From Patescibacteria group bacterium (GTDB lineage: Bacteria; Patescibacteriota; Patescibacteriia; UBA10025; JAHIVO01): a DNA stretch of 64,000 nt. The position numbers and the translations under genes were made by a program. Shown piece by piece: positions 16,989-26,591 of this stretch (position 1 is the first letter of the stretch; every line of letters starts with the position of its first letter). The stretch is from NCBI GenBank assembly GCA_041660605.1, contig JBAZWB010000001.1:558503-622502 (forward strand). Direction: 5' to 3'. Under the pieces are notes generated by a model. It had not been told where the DNA came from. It searched no databases and saw only the letters and a list, made by a program, of their open reading frames with translations.

Positions 16989-18257
16989 GTGGCGATTTTC
17001 GTTGAATTATTGTGTTTGATTAATAAATTAATAATTACACTTATGAATTCGCAAAATTTTAAAGTAAAAGCAACTCCTGATAAACTGGGTTTTTTTGGCA
17101 AATATGGCGGACAGCACGTACCCCCGCAGTTAAAGTTAGAATTAGATAAAATTACCTCTGCTTATTTGGCAGCAAAAAAAGATAAGGAATTTCAGGAAGA
17201 ATTAAGTTCATTGCTGAGAGATTACGTCGGCCGGCCGTCTCCATTGTATTTTGCTAAAAATTTAACAAAATATCTGGGTGGTGCGAAAGTGTATTTGAAA
17301 CGTGAGGATTTAAATCATACCGGCGCCCATAAAATCAACCACACATTGGGAGAGGCTTTACTGGCCAAAAGGATGGGGAAAAAGATTTTGCTGGCAGAAA
17401 CAGGAGCTGGGCAGCATGGAGTGGCTCTTTCTACGGCGGCAGTAATAGTAGGCTTGAAAGCGGAAATCCATATGGGTGCGATTGACTACGCCAAACAGCA
17501 TCCAAATGTTGTGCGCATGAAACTGCTGGGAGCGAAAGTCGTAAAAGTTGAAACCGGCGGACGCTGCCTGAAAGATGCGGTTGATAGCGCTTTCAACGCA
17601 TATATGCAGGATTTTGATAATACATTTTTTGGCATTGGTTCGGTTGTCGGTCCGCATCCATATCCGATGATGATCCGTGATTTCCAGTCAGTTGTCGGAC
17701 GCGAAGCGCGCAGGCAGATAATGGAACACACCGGAAAATTGCCTGATTATCTTATTGCCTGCGTTGGCGGAGGTTCAAATGCCATTGGCTTATTCCATGA
17801 ATTCATCGGTGATCAGATAAAAATGATCGGCGTTGAAGCCGGCGGCAGGGGGTTAGCAAAATTAGGCGATCATGCGGCTACCCTAACGCTGGGTCAGCCT
17901 GGCGTGATACATGGCATGTATACTTATCTGCTTCAGGATGAAAAAGGAGAACCGGCGCCGGTGCATTCCATTGCCTCAGGCCTGGATTATCCAGGCATCG
18001 GTCCGGCGCATTCAGAATTTAAAGACACCGGGCGGGTTAGCTATACAGTAGCTAATGATCAGGAAGCACTGGCGGCCTTTCAATTACTTTCAAAAATTGA
18101 AGGCATAATTCCGGCTCTTGAAAGCGCGCATGCCTTGGCGGAAGTGGTTAAATTGGCACCGACGCTAGATAAAAGCAAAGTAATCATACTAAATTTATCC
18201 GGCCGGGGAGACAAGGACGTGGATTATGTAGCAGAGCAGATCGGATTATCAGTATAG
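16989..18257 (+). CDS. trpB: Tryptophan synthase beta-like PLP enzyme (TrpB2 type). Likely true start at 17043
   Basis: [23 protein letters not shown]...[12 protein letters not shown]-lysine region. GGGSNAIG glycine loop. No other trp genes in the window. Confidence 0.85.
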   Translation: MAIFVELLCLINKLIITLMNSQNFKVKATPDKLGFFGKYGGQHVPPQLKLELDKITSAYLAAKKDKEFQEELSSLLRDYVGRPSPLYFAKNLTKYLGGAKVYLKREDLNHTGAHKINHTLGEALLAKRMGKKILLAETGAGQHGVALSTAAVIVGLKAEIHMGAIDYAKQHPNVVRMKLLGAKVVKVETGGRCLKDAVDSAFNAYMQDFDNTFFGIGSVVGPHPYPMMIRDFQSVVGREARRQIMEHTGKLPDYLIACVGGGSNAIGLFHEFIGDQIKMIGVEAGGRGLAKLGDHAATLTLGQPGVIHGMYTYLLQDEKGEPAPVHSIASGLDYPGIGPAHSEFKDTGRVSYTVANDQEALAAFQLLSKIEGIIPALESAHALAEVVKLAPTLDKSKVIILNLSGRGDKDVDYVAEQIGLSV

Positions 18258-18276
18258 ATTATTTATTAATAATAAA

Positions 18277-18312
18277 AGCGGCGTTTTTATAGACGTCGCT
18301 TTTGTTGTTTTT
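18277..18312 (+). terminator. Intrinsic terminator after trpB
   Basis: AGCGGCG-loop-CGUCGCU (one G-U pair) followed by TTTTGTTGTTTTT. Confidence 0.4.
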
Positions 18313-18515
18313 CAGAAAGAACAACGATCGTAATTCCGCTGGCAGCGTTCGGCAGTGAACAGGCGGTTAATGACATCTCTTTGGCCAGAAGTCAGTTTGC
18401 GTCTGCCAAGCTCTGCCTGGATCAGAATTTCCTCTTCCATAGTTTGTATCAGGCGGAGCCATACGCGATCAACCAGTTCTTCGGTAGGCGTTTCCGTCAG
18501 CTTGAATGAAGACAT
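18312..18515 (-). CDS. Small hypothetical protein (67 aa) with strong SD
   Basis: GGAGGT 5 nt upstream of ATG on the minus strand. No recognisable domain. Confidence 0.45.
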   Translation of the reverse strand: MSSFKLTETPTEELVDRVWLRLIQTMEEEILIQAELGRRKLTSGQRDVINRLFTAERCQRNYDRCSF

Positions 18516-18561
18516 AGTACCTCCAATAAATGTTTAATGTGCATATTAAATTTTACATACC

Positions 18562-18583
18562 AAAAAAACGGCTAGTCAGCCGT
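18562..18583 (-). terminator. Rho-independent terminator downstream of the SRAP gene
   Basis: Minus strand reads ACGGCUGACUAGCCGU followed by UUUUUUU. Confidence 0.55.
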
Positions 18584-18733
18584 TTGTGCCTGTAAAACCG
18601 TTTATTTTATAACTTTACGGATACAGCGAAAGACGACTGACTATTTTGGTCAGTTTCTTGCGCGGGCAAAGTTGTAATGTCATTCTCTTCATAACATAGG
18701 AATTTTATAGCATAATCAAATTACTGTCAAATT

Positions 18734-19390
18734 TCATTTGTACAGTTTAATAATTTCAGCTGATTCATTTCTAAACGAATTGACTAATGGTGAAACTTGA
18801 TACATCTGCATCTGGTCATCCGGAAATGGTTTTAATATTTCCAAGGCTACCTCCAGCTGAGCGCTATTGTCTAGCCAAAGCTGCTCATGCTTTGGCGATA
18901 ATATTACCGGCATGCGATCATGCAGTTCGCTGACCATCTGATTCGCCTTAGTAGTGATAATAGAAAACGTGGGGATGGAAAAGCCCTCCTTGTTTTTATA
19001 AAATTCCCAGATGCCGGCAAAGGCAAATGGCTGTTTGCTTTTCAGCATTATTCGATAGGGGATTTTAACATCGTTTTTTCTTTTCCATTCAAAAAAACTG
19101 TCTGCCAGTACCAGGCAACGACGGTTTTTTATGGCATTGCGAAATGACGGTTTTTCAGCTAATGATTCTGCTCTGGCATTGATCAAGCCGCGGCTTTTCT
19201 TATTTTTCATCCAGACGGGCATTAATCCCCATTGCGCCGGTATTATTTCCCTAGGATTACTATTTAAAATTACCGGTAGTTTTTGCGATGGTGCGGCGTT
19301 AAAATGCCTCTTGATGGGCAATTTAAAATGCGCCTGGAACCTATCTTCCAGGATATCGTCTTTTGAAAAAAATGAATACCGTCCGCACAT
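18734..19390 (-). CDS. yedK: SOS response-associated peptidase (SRAP/YedK/HMCES family abasic-site processing protein)
   Basis: 218 aa. Begins MCGRYSFF, with the catalytic Cys2 of the SRAP family. Confidence 0.8.
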   Translation of the reverse strand: MCGRYSFFSKDDILEDRFQAHFKLPIKRHFNAAPSQKLPVILNSNPREIIPAQWGLMPVWMKNKKSRGLINARAESLAEKPSFRNAIKNRRCLVLADSFFEWKRKNDVKIPYRIMLKSKQPFAFAGIWEFYKNKEGFSIPTFSIITTKANQMVSELHDRMPVILSPKHEQLWLDNSAQLEVALEILKPFPDDQMQMYQVSPLVNSFRNESAEIIKLYK

Positions 19391-19470
19391 GACTAAATAA
19401 TGTCATATATACTTGTTTTTGTTAAGTATTCGCATTTGTTTTTTCGCTGAATAAATACTAAAATGTAGGT

Positions 19471-20577
19471 ATGCAAAAACTTGGCAGATTCATCTTTATG
19501 TTATTCGCTGTTTTAACCGCGACTTTGTTGTTGTATGCAGGGGCGCTGGTTTATTTCCAGGGAAATTACGCTCCTTATTTGAATAAAGTCATGACGGTTC
19601 CATTTCTAGAAAGCTCGCCAAAATCAACCATACGCGGCATGCAAAGAGCAATGACGGAAACAGATACTTTGCATTCCGATCTTGAGTTTAAATTTATCAA
19701 AAATTCAGAAAAAAAACCGTATGCCATTCGTACTAAGGCGGATTTTGACGGCGGATTAGCCAATAAATTATTAGGACAGTTAAAAGTGGAAAATGAACTT
19801 GAAATACAAAATTTGACTTATCTTTTTAATTTTGAGTCACGTTCATCTGATAAATATAATTTTTTACGCGTAACTGAAGTACCGGCCATACCTTATCTAG
19901 ATTTGACGGCGATAAAAAATAAATGGTATGAGTACTCCCAGATTAAAAAATTTAGTGAATATAACGACATGATGCTTTCTGCGAAAAGCCTCATTTCCGT
20001 CACTTCTTTTTTTAATAGATTAAATCGTCTGCCAGATGAGTATATTAACGGTAGTATGGTCTATCATTATGAAACAACGATCGACGTTGAAGGGTTAAAC
20101 GGAGCTTATGCCTATTTAAAATCGAAATACCAGCTAAAACAAAATATTAATTTTGACAAGCTGGCTGATTTTAAGTTTGAATTATGGATAGGCAAGAGCA
20201 ATAAGCGCCTGTATCAAATGAAAGCGGAGTATGAAAAAGATTCCAGCTTAATATATTTTTTGATGCAGAATTCCGATTTTAACTCAAAAGTTACTATCGA
20301 GGAACCGACACTAGCTTACGGGTCGCATGATTTTTCTGTTGATCTATTCGGTAAAACTAATTTTTTGGATTTGCCTCTCTTTGGTTATTTAATAAATTTA
20401 GACATGACTAAATTCTTGGCTGACCTTGACCAGGACGGGCTATATAGCGGTTGGGAAAAGATTTTCGGGACAGATCCTCTGAAGGCCGATACTGATGGCG
20501 ATGACTTTATCGATGGTCCGGAAATAATGAATGGGTATAACCCGACAGGCAAAGGCAAATTATTTGTTATTGAATGA
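19471..20577 (+). CDS. Membrane-anchored/secreted hypothetical protein with C-terminal Asp-rich Ca-binding-like motifs
   Basis: 368 aa. N-terminal TM. C-terminal DLDQDGLYSGW...DTDGDDFIDGPE (DxDxDG-like). Confidence 0.45.
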   Translation: MQKLGRFIFMLFAVLTATLLLYAGALVYFQGNYAPYLNKVMTVPFLESSPKSTIRGMQRAMTETDTLHSDLEFKFIKNSEKKPYAIRTKADFDGGLANKLLGQLKVENELEIQNLTYLFNFESRSSDKYNFLRVTEVPAIPYLDLTAIKNKWYEYSQIKKFSEYNDMMLSAKSLISVTSFFNRLNRLPDEYINGSMVYHYETTIDVEGLNGAYAYLKSKYQLKQNINFDKLADFKFELWIGKSNKRLYQMKAEYEKDSSLIYFLMQNSDFNSKVTIEEPTLAYGSHDFSVDLFGKTNFLDLPLFGYLINLDMTKFLADLDQDGLYSGWEKIFGTDPLKADTDGDDFIDGPEIMNGYNPTGKGKLFVIE

Positions 20578-21449
20578 GCAAGAAATCATTTATTAAAAAA
20601 ATTCTTAAAAAAAGACCCAAAATTTCGGATAAAAGTAAATTTGGGCATGTTTTAGTCATCGCCGGTTCGAAATGTATGCCCGGCGCCGCTTTACTGACTG
20701 CCAAGGCGGCTATGAAAGCCGGCGCCGGGCTGGTGACGATGGCGCATCCAAAATCTTTGCTGCCAATTTTTGTCAAATCATTTCATGAAGCCATTCATTT
20801 ACTTTTGCCGGAAACGAAAATTGGCAGTATTGATGAGTCTGCCTGGCGGATAATCGTAAAAAACATCAGCAGATACAATGTCATTGCCCTGGGCCCTGGA
20901 TTAGGCAGGTGCAGGGAGACGGCGCGTTTTGCCATTCAAATAATAAAAAAAGCGGCTCTGCCCCTGGTGATTGACGCTAATGGGCTGAACGCTATGGCAG
21001 AATTAAAAAAAACATGGATATTAAATAAGCGAATTGGCATTACAATACTTACACCGCATCAAGGCGAGCTAAAACGGTTGATTGATAAGCCAATTTCCTG
21101 GATTGCCGGGCATAGATTATCGATAAGCAAGAAATTAGCCAAGGAATGGAATTCTATAATTGTACTGAAAGGAAATGGCACTATTGTATGCAGCCCAGAT
21201 GGACGCGTATTCAAAGATACTTTAGGCGGGCCGGAGTTAGCCACCGCCGGCACGGGCGATGTATTGACCGGCATTATCTCCTCCTTTGTGGCGCAGCATC
21301 CTGGTTGGCCTTTTGAAGCGGTAGTAGCGGCTGTACAAATACACAGTTTGGCCGGACGCTTAGCAAAACGCGATTTAGGCGAATATTCAGTTACCGCCAG
21401 CGATTTGCTGGAGTATCTGCCAAAAGCCTTGACAATTCAGGTGAAATAA
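20574..21449 (+). CDS. nnrD: ADP-dependent NAD(P)H-hydrate dehydratase (YjeF C-terminal domain)
   Basis: 291 aa. GHVLVIAGS...GAALLTAKAAMKAGAGLVT and GTGDVLTGII motifs. Confidence 0.8.
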   Translation: MSKKSFIKKILKKRPKISDKSKFGHVLVIAGSKCMPGAALLTAKAAMKAGAGLVTMAHPKSLLPIFVKSFHEAIHLLLPETKIGSIDESAWRIIVKNISRYNVIALGPGLGRCRETARFAIQIIKKAALPLVIDANGLNAMAELKKTWILNKRIGITILTPHQGELKRLIDKPISWIAGHRLSISKKLAKEWNSIIVLKGNGTIVCSPDGRVFKDTLGGPELATAGTGDVLTGIISSFVAQHPGWPFEAVVAAVQIHSLAGRLAKRDLGEYSVTASDLLEYLPKALTIQVK

Positions 21450-21479
21450 ATTACTGTGAAGTATTCATAAATAATAAAT

Positions 21480-22073
21480 ATGCCAGTACCAATTTTCGAT
21501 CAGCCTGTAGTTACGGAAGTAAAACATACCAAAGAAGCCGAAATCAAGGAAAAAATTTCTCCTTGGGTAATCTTTATTTCTATTCTTTTAATCAGCGTGA
21601 TGATTACTTTCGGTGAATATGCTTTTCGCGATATGAACAGGGTTTTTAATCCAAATTATTCAAATTGCTTTGTTCAGTCGGGCTTTAAACTAGCTTATCC
21701 ATATGTACGCCAGCAAAACAACTCCCCTAAATCCACTTGCGAATTGGAAAAATACGAAAGAGTCAAATTGATATTGCATGCCGATATCGCGGTGCCGATA
21801 ATTTTGGTAAGCTTGGTAGCTTATCTTTTTATACGCAAGCGCACGCTTGCCTCAGCCGGTAAAGCAATATTTTTTTCTATATCAGTCTGGGTTGGCTGGC
21901 TATCAATCAGGATAGTCGGAGAGGGGGAATATTTTTTTGTTAAACATTATCCTCTTTTTGGAAAATATATCGTTTTTTTCACCCTTGCAACTTTATTGAC
22001 TGTATTGATAATATACATCCAAAATAAGGTCAAAAAAGCAACACAAAAACCATTAAATACAAATAACGATTAA
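21480..22073 (+). CDS. Membrane protein, unknown function
   Basis: 197 aa, 4 predicted TM. Confidence 0.4.
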   Translation: MPVPIFDQPVVTEVKHTKEAEIKEKISPWVIFISILLISVMITFGEYAFRDMNRVFNPNYSNCFVQSGFKLAYPYVRQQNNSPKSTCELEKYERVKLILHADIAVPIILVSLVAYLFIRKRTLASAGKAIFFSISVWVGWLSIRIVGEGEYFFVKHYPLFGKYIVFFTLATLLTVLIIYIQNKVKKATQKPLNTNND

Positions 22074-22142
22074 TTATTAAAGGCAGTAATATCAGCGCTA
22101 TGGCTACAATTTTTTTGGCTTTTTTGGTATAATTAAAATGAT

Positions 22143-22637
22143 ATGGAAATAATTTCCTTAAAAATAGGTGACATTTGTCTGGAAAAAACCGACGCTATTG
22201 TCAATGCAGCAAATGATGAGTTAACGCATGGCGGCGGTGTTGCTGGAGCTATCGTTCGAGCCGGTGGAGAAATAATACAGAATGAATCGAATGAGATTGC
22301 ACCAATACTATTGGGACAGGTCGGAGTGACTTCGGCAGGCAGCTTAAGGACGAAATATATAATTCATGCCGCGACAATGCATTTAGGAGAATTGGCTGAA
22401 GAGGAGAATATAAAAAATTCATTGATAAATAGTTTTTTAAAAGCAAAAGATCTTGGGGTAAAATCAATTTCTTTCCCCGCACTTGGAGCTGGCACTGGAG
22501 GCTTCTCATTAGATCGCTGCGCTGAAATAAGTATCTTTTATGCAAAAAAATATCAATCATATTTTAATGAAATCGTTTTTGTCCTATATAGCAAGAAAGC
22601 ATTCAAGGCTTTTCAGAAGTATCTAAAAATCAAATGA
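22143..22637 (+). CDS. Macro domain protein (ADP-ribose binding / O-acetyl-ADP-ribose deacetylase-like)
   Basis: 164 aa. IVNAANDELTHGGGVAGAI and ISFPALGAGTGG motifs. TGgTATAAT extended -10 upstream. Confidence 0.8.
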   Translation: MEIISLKIGDICLEKTDAIVNAANDELTHGGGVAGAIVRAGGEIIQNESNEIAPILLGQVGVTSAGSLRTKYIIHAATMHLGELAEEENIKNSLINSFLKAKDLGVKSISFPALGAGTGGFSLDRCAEISIFYAKKYQSYFNEIVFVLYSKKAFKAFQKYLKIK

Positions 22638-23761
22638 AAAACAAAAAGTTTTTTTATGCTTTAGCCACTTTTGTAGGCACTGTTATCGGCGTCGGTTTGT
22701 TCGGCATACCTTTTGTCGGAGCTCAGGCCGGATTTTCAGTTTTATTATTTTATCTCTTAATTCTGGGAGTTGTTGTAGTTTGCATCAATTTATTTTTTGC
22801 GGAAGTATCCGTTTTTACCAAAGGTTTGCATCGTCTGCCCGGCTACGTAGAGGCTCATTTTGGCATTAATGCCAGAAGGTTTTCGTCAATAGTGCATATT
22901 ACTTCCTTGCTAGCCTCGCTCCTGGCGTATCTGATTATTGGAGGTCAATTTTTAGCTTCTTTTTTCAATGGATCTGTTTATCTTTATACTTTCATTTTTT
23001 TCGTACTTGGCGCCCTGTTGATCTGGCGCGGACAGGGTTCGGTTGGGCCAATTGAATTGGTACTATTGGTTATATTGCTGGCAGTTGTTTTGTTTTTATT
23101 TTTTGCTGGATTTGGAAAGATAAGCGCTGAGAATTTTTCCGGAATTGATTGGAAGTCATTTTTTCTTCCTTACGGCGTCGTCCTGTTTTCTCTATGGGGG
23201 ACTTCCATCATACCAGAAGTCAAGGAAATTTTAGGCAATGATCTGAAAAAATTAAGAAAAGTTTTAATTATTGGCATAATAATTTGCTTAGTGGTCTATA
23301 TATTATTTAGTCTGGTAGTCATCGGTATTTCCGGCCATCAGACTACCAATGAAGCAATTGCCGGACTTCAGGGCAAATTAGGACATTGGGTTTTACTCCT
23401 TGGGTACGCTTTTGGCATTATAACGACTTTTACTTCTTTTATCGCACTGGGTCTGACGGTAAAAAAAGTTTTTTGGTATGATCTGCATCTGCCAAAAGGC
23501 ATATCCTGGCTTTTAGCTTCCTTTATACCGCTTTTCTTTTATATCATCGGATTGCAGAATTTTATAAAAATTATCAGTTTAACTGGGGCAGTCATGCTGG
23601 GAATTGACGGTATCCTGATCACTTTAATGTTCCTGAAAATTATAAAAGAACGAAAAAGCCAAAAATTGGTGCATTTCAGGCTTTTGAGCCTGGCAATATT
23701 GACCCTTTTATCTTTTGGAGTTGTTTTAGAAATTGTTTTTTTCTTCAAGAATAATTTATGA
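22634..23761 (+). CDS. Aromatic amino acid (Trp/Tyr) permease family transporter
   Basis: 375 aa, 11 TM. N-terminal FVGTVIGVGLFGIPFV resembles the TnaB/Mtr/TyrP family. Confidence 0.55.
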   Translation: MKNKKFFYALATFVGTVIGVGLFGIPFVGAQAGFSVLLFYLLILGVVVVCINLFFAEVSVFTKGLHRLPGYVEAHFGINARRFSSIVHITSLLASLLAYLIIGGQFLASFFNGSVYLYTFIFFVLGALLIWRGQGSVGPIELVLLVILLAVVLFLFFAGFGKISAENFSGIDWKSFFLPYGVVLFSLWGTSIIPEVKEILGNDLKKLRKVLIIGIIICLVVYILFSLVVIGISGHQTTNEAIAGLQGKLGHWVLLLGYAFGIITTFTSFIALGLTVKKVFWYDLHLPKGISWLLASFIPLFFYIIGLQNFIKIISLTGAVMLGIDGILITLMFLKIIKERKSQKLVHFRLLSLAILTLLSFGVVLEIVFFFKNNL

Positions 23762-25182
23762 AAAAAGTCATAGTCAGATTTGCCCCTTCGCCGACAGGAT
23801 CATTGCATATTGGCGGACTGCGCACAGCGCTTTTTAACTGGCTCTGGGCCAGGAAAAATATTGGCAAAATAATATTGAGGATTGAAGATACAGACCGTGA
23901 AAGATTTGTTGAAGGAGCGGTGGAAAATATTATTGAGGCCTTGCATTGGTATGGGCTTGATTTTGATGAGGGACCGATTTTTCAGTCAGCGAGAACTGAT
24001 ATTTATAAAAAATATGCAAAGCAGTTAATAGATAAGGGTTTTGCCTATCACTGTTTCTGCTCCAGTGAACGCCTGGATGAGCTGAGAAAGCTGCAGGCAA
24101 TAAATAAGATCGCTTCTCACTATGATGGACATTGCCGTAACTTAACAGCTGGACAAATTGCTGAAAATTTAAAAAATAAAAAACTTTTCGTCATCAGAAT
24201 GAAAGTCCCGCAGACAGGGGCTACTTCATTTGAAGACGAAATTTATGGCCATGTCTCTGTAGAAAATAACAATATAGATGACCAGATTATCGTAAAATCG
24301 GATGGATTTCCGACTTATCATTTGGCTAACGTAGTTGATGACCATGAGATGGAAATATCGCACGTGATCAGAGCTGAGGAATGGCTGCCTTCGACGCCGA
24401 AGCATATTATTCTGTATAATGCCTTTGGCTGGCAGCCGCCGGTGTTTGCGCACTTGCCGATGGTATTAGGCACTGACAGGTCGAAGTTGTCAAAGCGGCA
24501 TGGCGCGGTGGCGGCGCTTTCTTTTCGCGAACAGGGATATTTGCCTGAGGCAATCTTGAACTTCATCGCTTTATTGGGATGGAATCCAAAAAATAACAAG
24601 GAAGTCTTTACTGTAGAGGAGCTAAAAAAAGAGTTTGATCTGAAAAAAGTTAATAAATCAGGCGCGATTTTTAATCTGGAAAAACTCGACTGGCTGAATG
24701 GCTTTTATATCCGTCAGATGGGCATAGATAAATTGACAGAACTTTGCCTGCCGTTTATGCAGAAAAAGCCCGAACTAAAAAAAGCAAAGAGCATCGTCTC
24801 TTTATTCCAGGGACGGATGAAAAAACTGACTGAAGTAGATGAATTGTCGCGCTTCATTTTCAGCAGTTCGCTTGAATACGAAGCGGATTTGCTTATTCCA
24901 AAAAAGGAAACAAAAGGCCCCTGTCTGAATGCTTTGGTTCAAACCAGGGATTATCTGAATTCTCTCAGCGAATCTGATTTTAACAAAAACAGTTTACGGG
25001 ATAAATTCATGGAATTTATTAAAAATAAAGCGCTGAATAATAAAATTGTGCTTTGGCCACTGCGCGTAGCAATAACAGGCCTGGCCTCTTCTCCTGACGT
25101 GTTTGAAGTAGCAGAAGTTCTTGGTAAAGAGGAAGTATTGGCCAGAATAAGCACGGCAATAAATTCTTTGCAAAAAACGTAG
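23758..25182 (+). CDS. gltX: Glutamyl-tRNA synthetase
   Basis: RFAPSPTGSLHIGGLRTALFNW (HIGH region) and KLSKR motif. Confidence 0.9.
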   Translation: MKKVIVRFAPSPTGSLHIGGLRTALFNWLWARKNIGKIILRIEDTDRERFVEGAVENIIEALHWYGLDFDEGPIFQSARTDIYKKYAKQLIDKGFAYHCFCSSERLDELRKLQAINKIASHYDGHCRNLTAGQIAENLKNKKLFVIRMKVPQTGATSFEDEIYGHVSVENNNIDDQIIVKSDGFPTYHLANVVDDHEMEISHVIRAEEWLPSTPKHIILYNAFGWQPPVFAHLPMVLGTDRSKLSKRHGAVAALSFREQGYLPEAILNFIALLGWNPKNNKEVFTVEELKKEFDLKKVNKSGAIFNLEKLDWLNGFYIRQMGIDKLTELCLPFMQKKPELKKAKSIVSLFQGRMKKLTEVDELSRFIFSSSLEYEADLLIPKKETKGPCLNALVQTRDYLNSLSESDFNKNSLRDKFMEFIKNKALNNKIVLWPLRVAITGLASSPDVFEVAEVLGKEEVLARISTAINSLQKT

Positions 25183-25224
25183 ATTTGTGCTATAATTGGC
25201 TTGCTTATATATTCCACTTAAAAA

Positions 25225-26526
25225 ATGGCCAATATATCAAATAAAAATAAAAATCCTTTTGTGGGCTGTATAGTCGGCATAATATTGATTGCCGTATTTT
25301 TGTTAATCCCACAGAATAAAATTATTGCTCAGACTAATACTAACTCTGATACGAATACCAATTCTGATGCAACCCAAAACGACAATGCCGGAACAAATCC
25401 CTCGCTGGAAACTCTTAACTCAGAACTGGATGCCAAGAGAAATGCCATCGATGAATTGAAGAAAAAAACCGATAATTATGAAGCGAATATAAAAATAAAA
25501 CAGCAGGAAACATTGACTTTGCAAAATCAGATGAGCCTGATTGATTTGCAGGTACAGCAGACAGAAAATGATATCGAGACGGTCAAACAGGAAATCGAAA
25601 AGTCAAATTTGGAAATTGAAAGTATCGGCCTGACCATTGATCAAAAACAGGTAGAATTGGATAATAGCAAGGAATTGCTTTCTGAGTACCTGAGATTGAT
25701 AAATAAATACGATCAAAAAACTTCTTTGGAAATTTTCATGGTGAATGACAGTTTTTCACAATTTTTTGATCAGATGAAATACGCCAAGGATCTGGAAAAT
25801 AGCGCTGAAAAAGCCCTGGAAGGAATTAAACAGGCAAAAACAGAATTAGAAAATGAACGTACCGCGAAAGAGTCGAAAAAACAGGAGTTAAGTGATCTTT
25901 CTGAAAAACTATCCACCAGTATTGCTGATTTATCCGGTCAGAAAGAATATAAGAATGAATTGCTTGATGAAACCAAACAATCTGAAGAAAAATTTTTACA
26001 GTTATTAGAAGCAGCCAAGCAGGAGCAGCAGGCAGCTGAAGCAGAGATGAATTCGCTGGAAACAAAAGCGCGCCAGCAGCTGGAAGAGCAGGGGATTGAT
26101 TTAAATATTTCTTCGGTACTGATGTGGCCGGTCAGCCCGACCAGGGGCGTGTCGGCATATTTTCATGATCCGACTTATCCATTCAGAAAGTTATTTGAAC
26201 ATCCAGCCATTGATATCCCTGAGCCGCAGGGCACTCCTATTCGCTCAGCTGATAATGGTTATGTCGTCAGAGCAAAAAATGGAGGCTTGGGGTATAGCTA
26301 TATAATGATTGTTCATAACAATGAAATTTCCACAGTCTATGGGCATGTAAGCAGGATCGATGTGGCCGAAGAGGATTATGTTGTCCGCGGTCAGCAGATC
26401 GGCTTAGTCGGAGGCTTGCCTGGCACGCCTGGCGCAGGACCGTTAACTACAGGATCACATTTGCATTTTGAAGTGCGATCAAACGGTATTCCCGTAAATC
26501 CTCTGGATTATCTGCCGTCATTATAA
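25225..26526 (+). CDS. M23 family metallopeptidase with N-terminal coiled-coil (EnvC-like murein hydrolase activator/endopeptidase)
   Basis: 433 aa. Signal anchor, long coiled coil. C-terminal HxxxD...GSHLHFEVR LytM motifs. Confidence 0.8.
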   Translation: MANISNKNKNPFVGCIVGIILIAVFLLIPQNKIIAQTNTNSDTNTNSDATQNDNAGTNPSLETLNSELDAKRNAIDELKKKTDNYEANIKIKQQETLTLQNQMSLIDLQVQQTENDIETVKQEIEKSNLEIESIGLTIDQKQVELDNSKELLSEYLRLINKYDQKTSLEIFMVNDSFSQFFDQMKYAKDLENSAEKALEGIKQAKTELENERTAKESKKQELSDLSEKLSTSIADLSGQKEYKNELLDETKQSEEKFLQLLEAAKQEQQAAEAEMNSLETKARQQLEEQGIDLNISSVLMWPVSPTRGVSAYFHDPTYPFRKLFEHPAIDIPEPQGTPIRSADNGYVVRAKNGGLGYSYIMIVHNNEISTVYGHVSRIDVAEEDYVVRGQQIGLVGGLPGTPGAGPLTTGSHLHFEVRSNGIPVNPLDYLPSL

Positions 26527-26591
26527 TTCAATTTAAACATCGACCCGATATTTTTATTTTTTGGGAGATTTTTTTTAAATAAATTTTCAGC

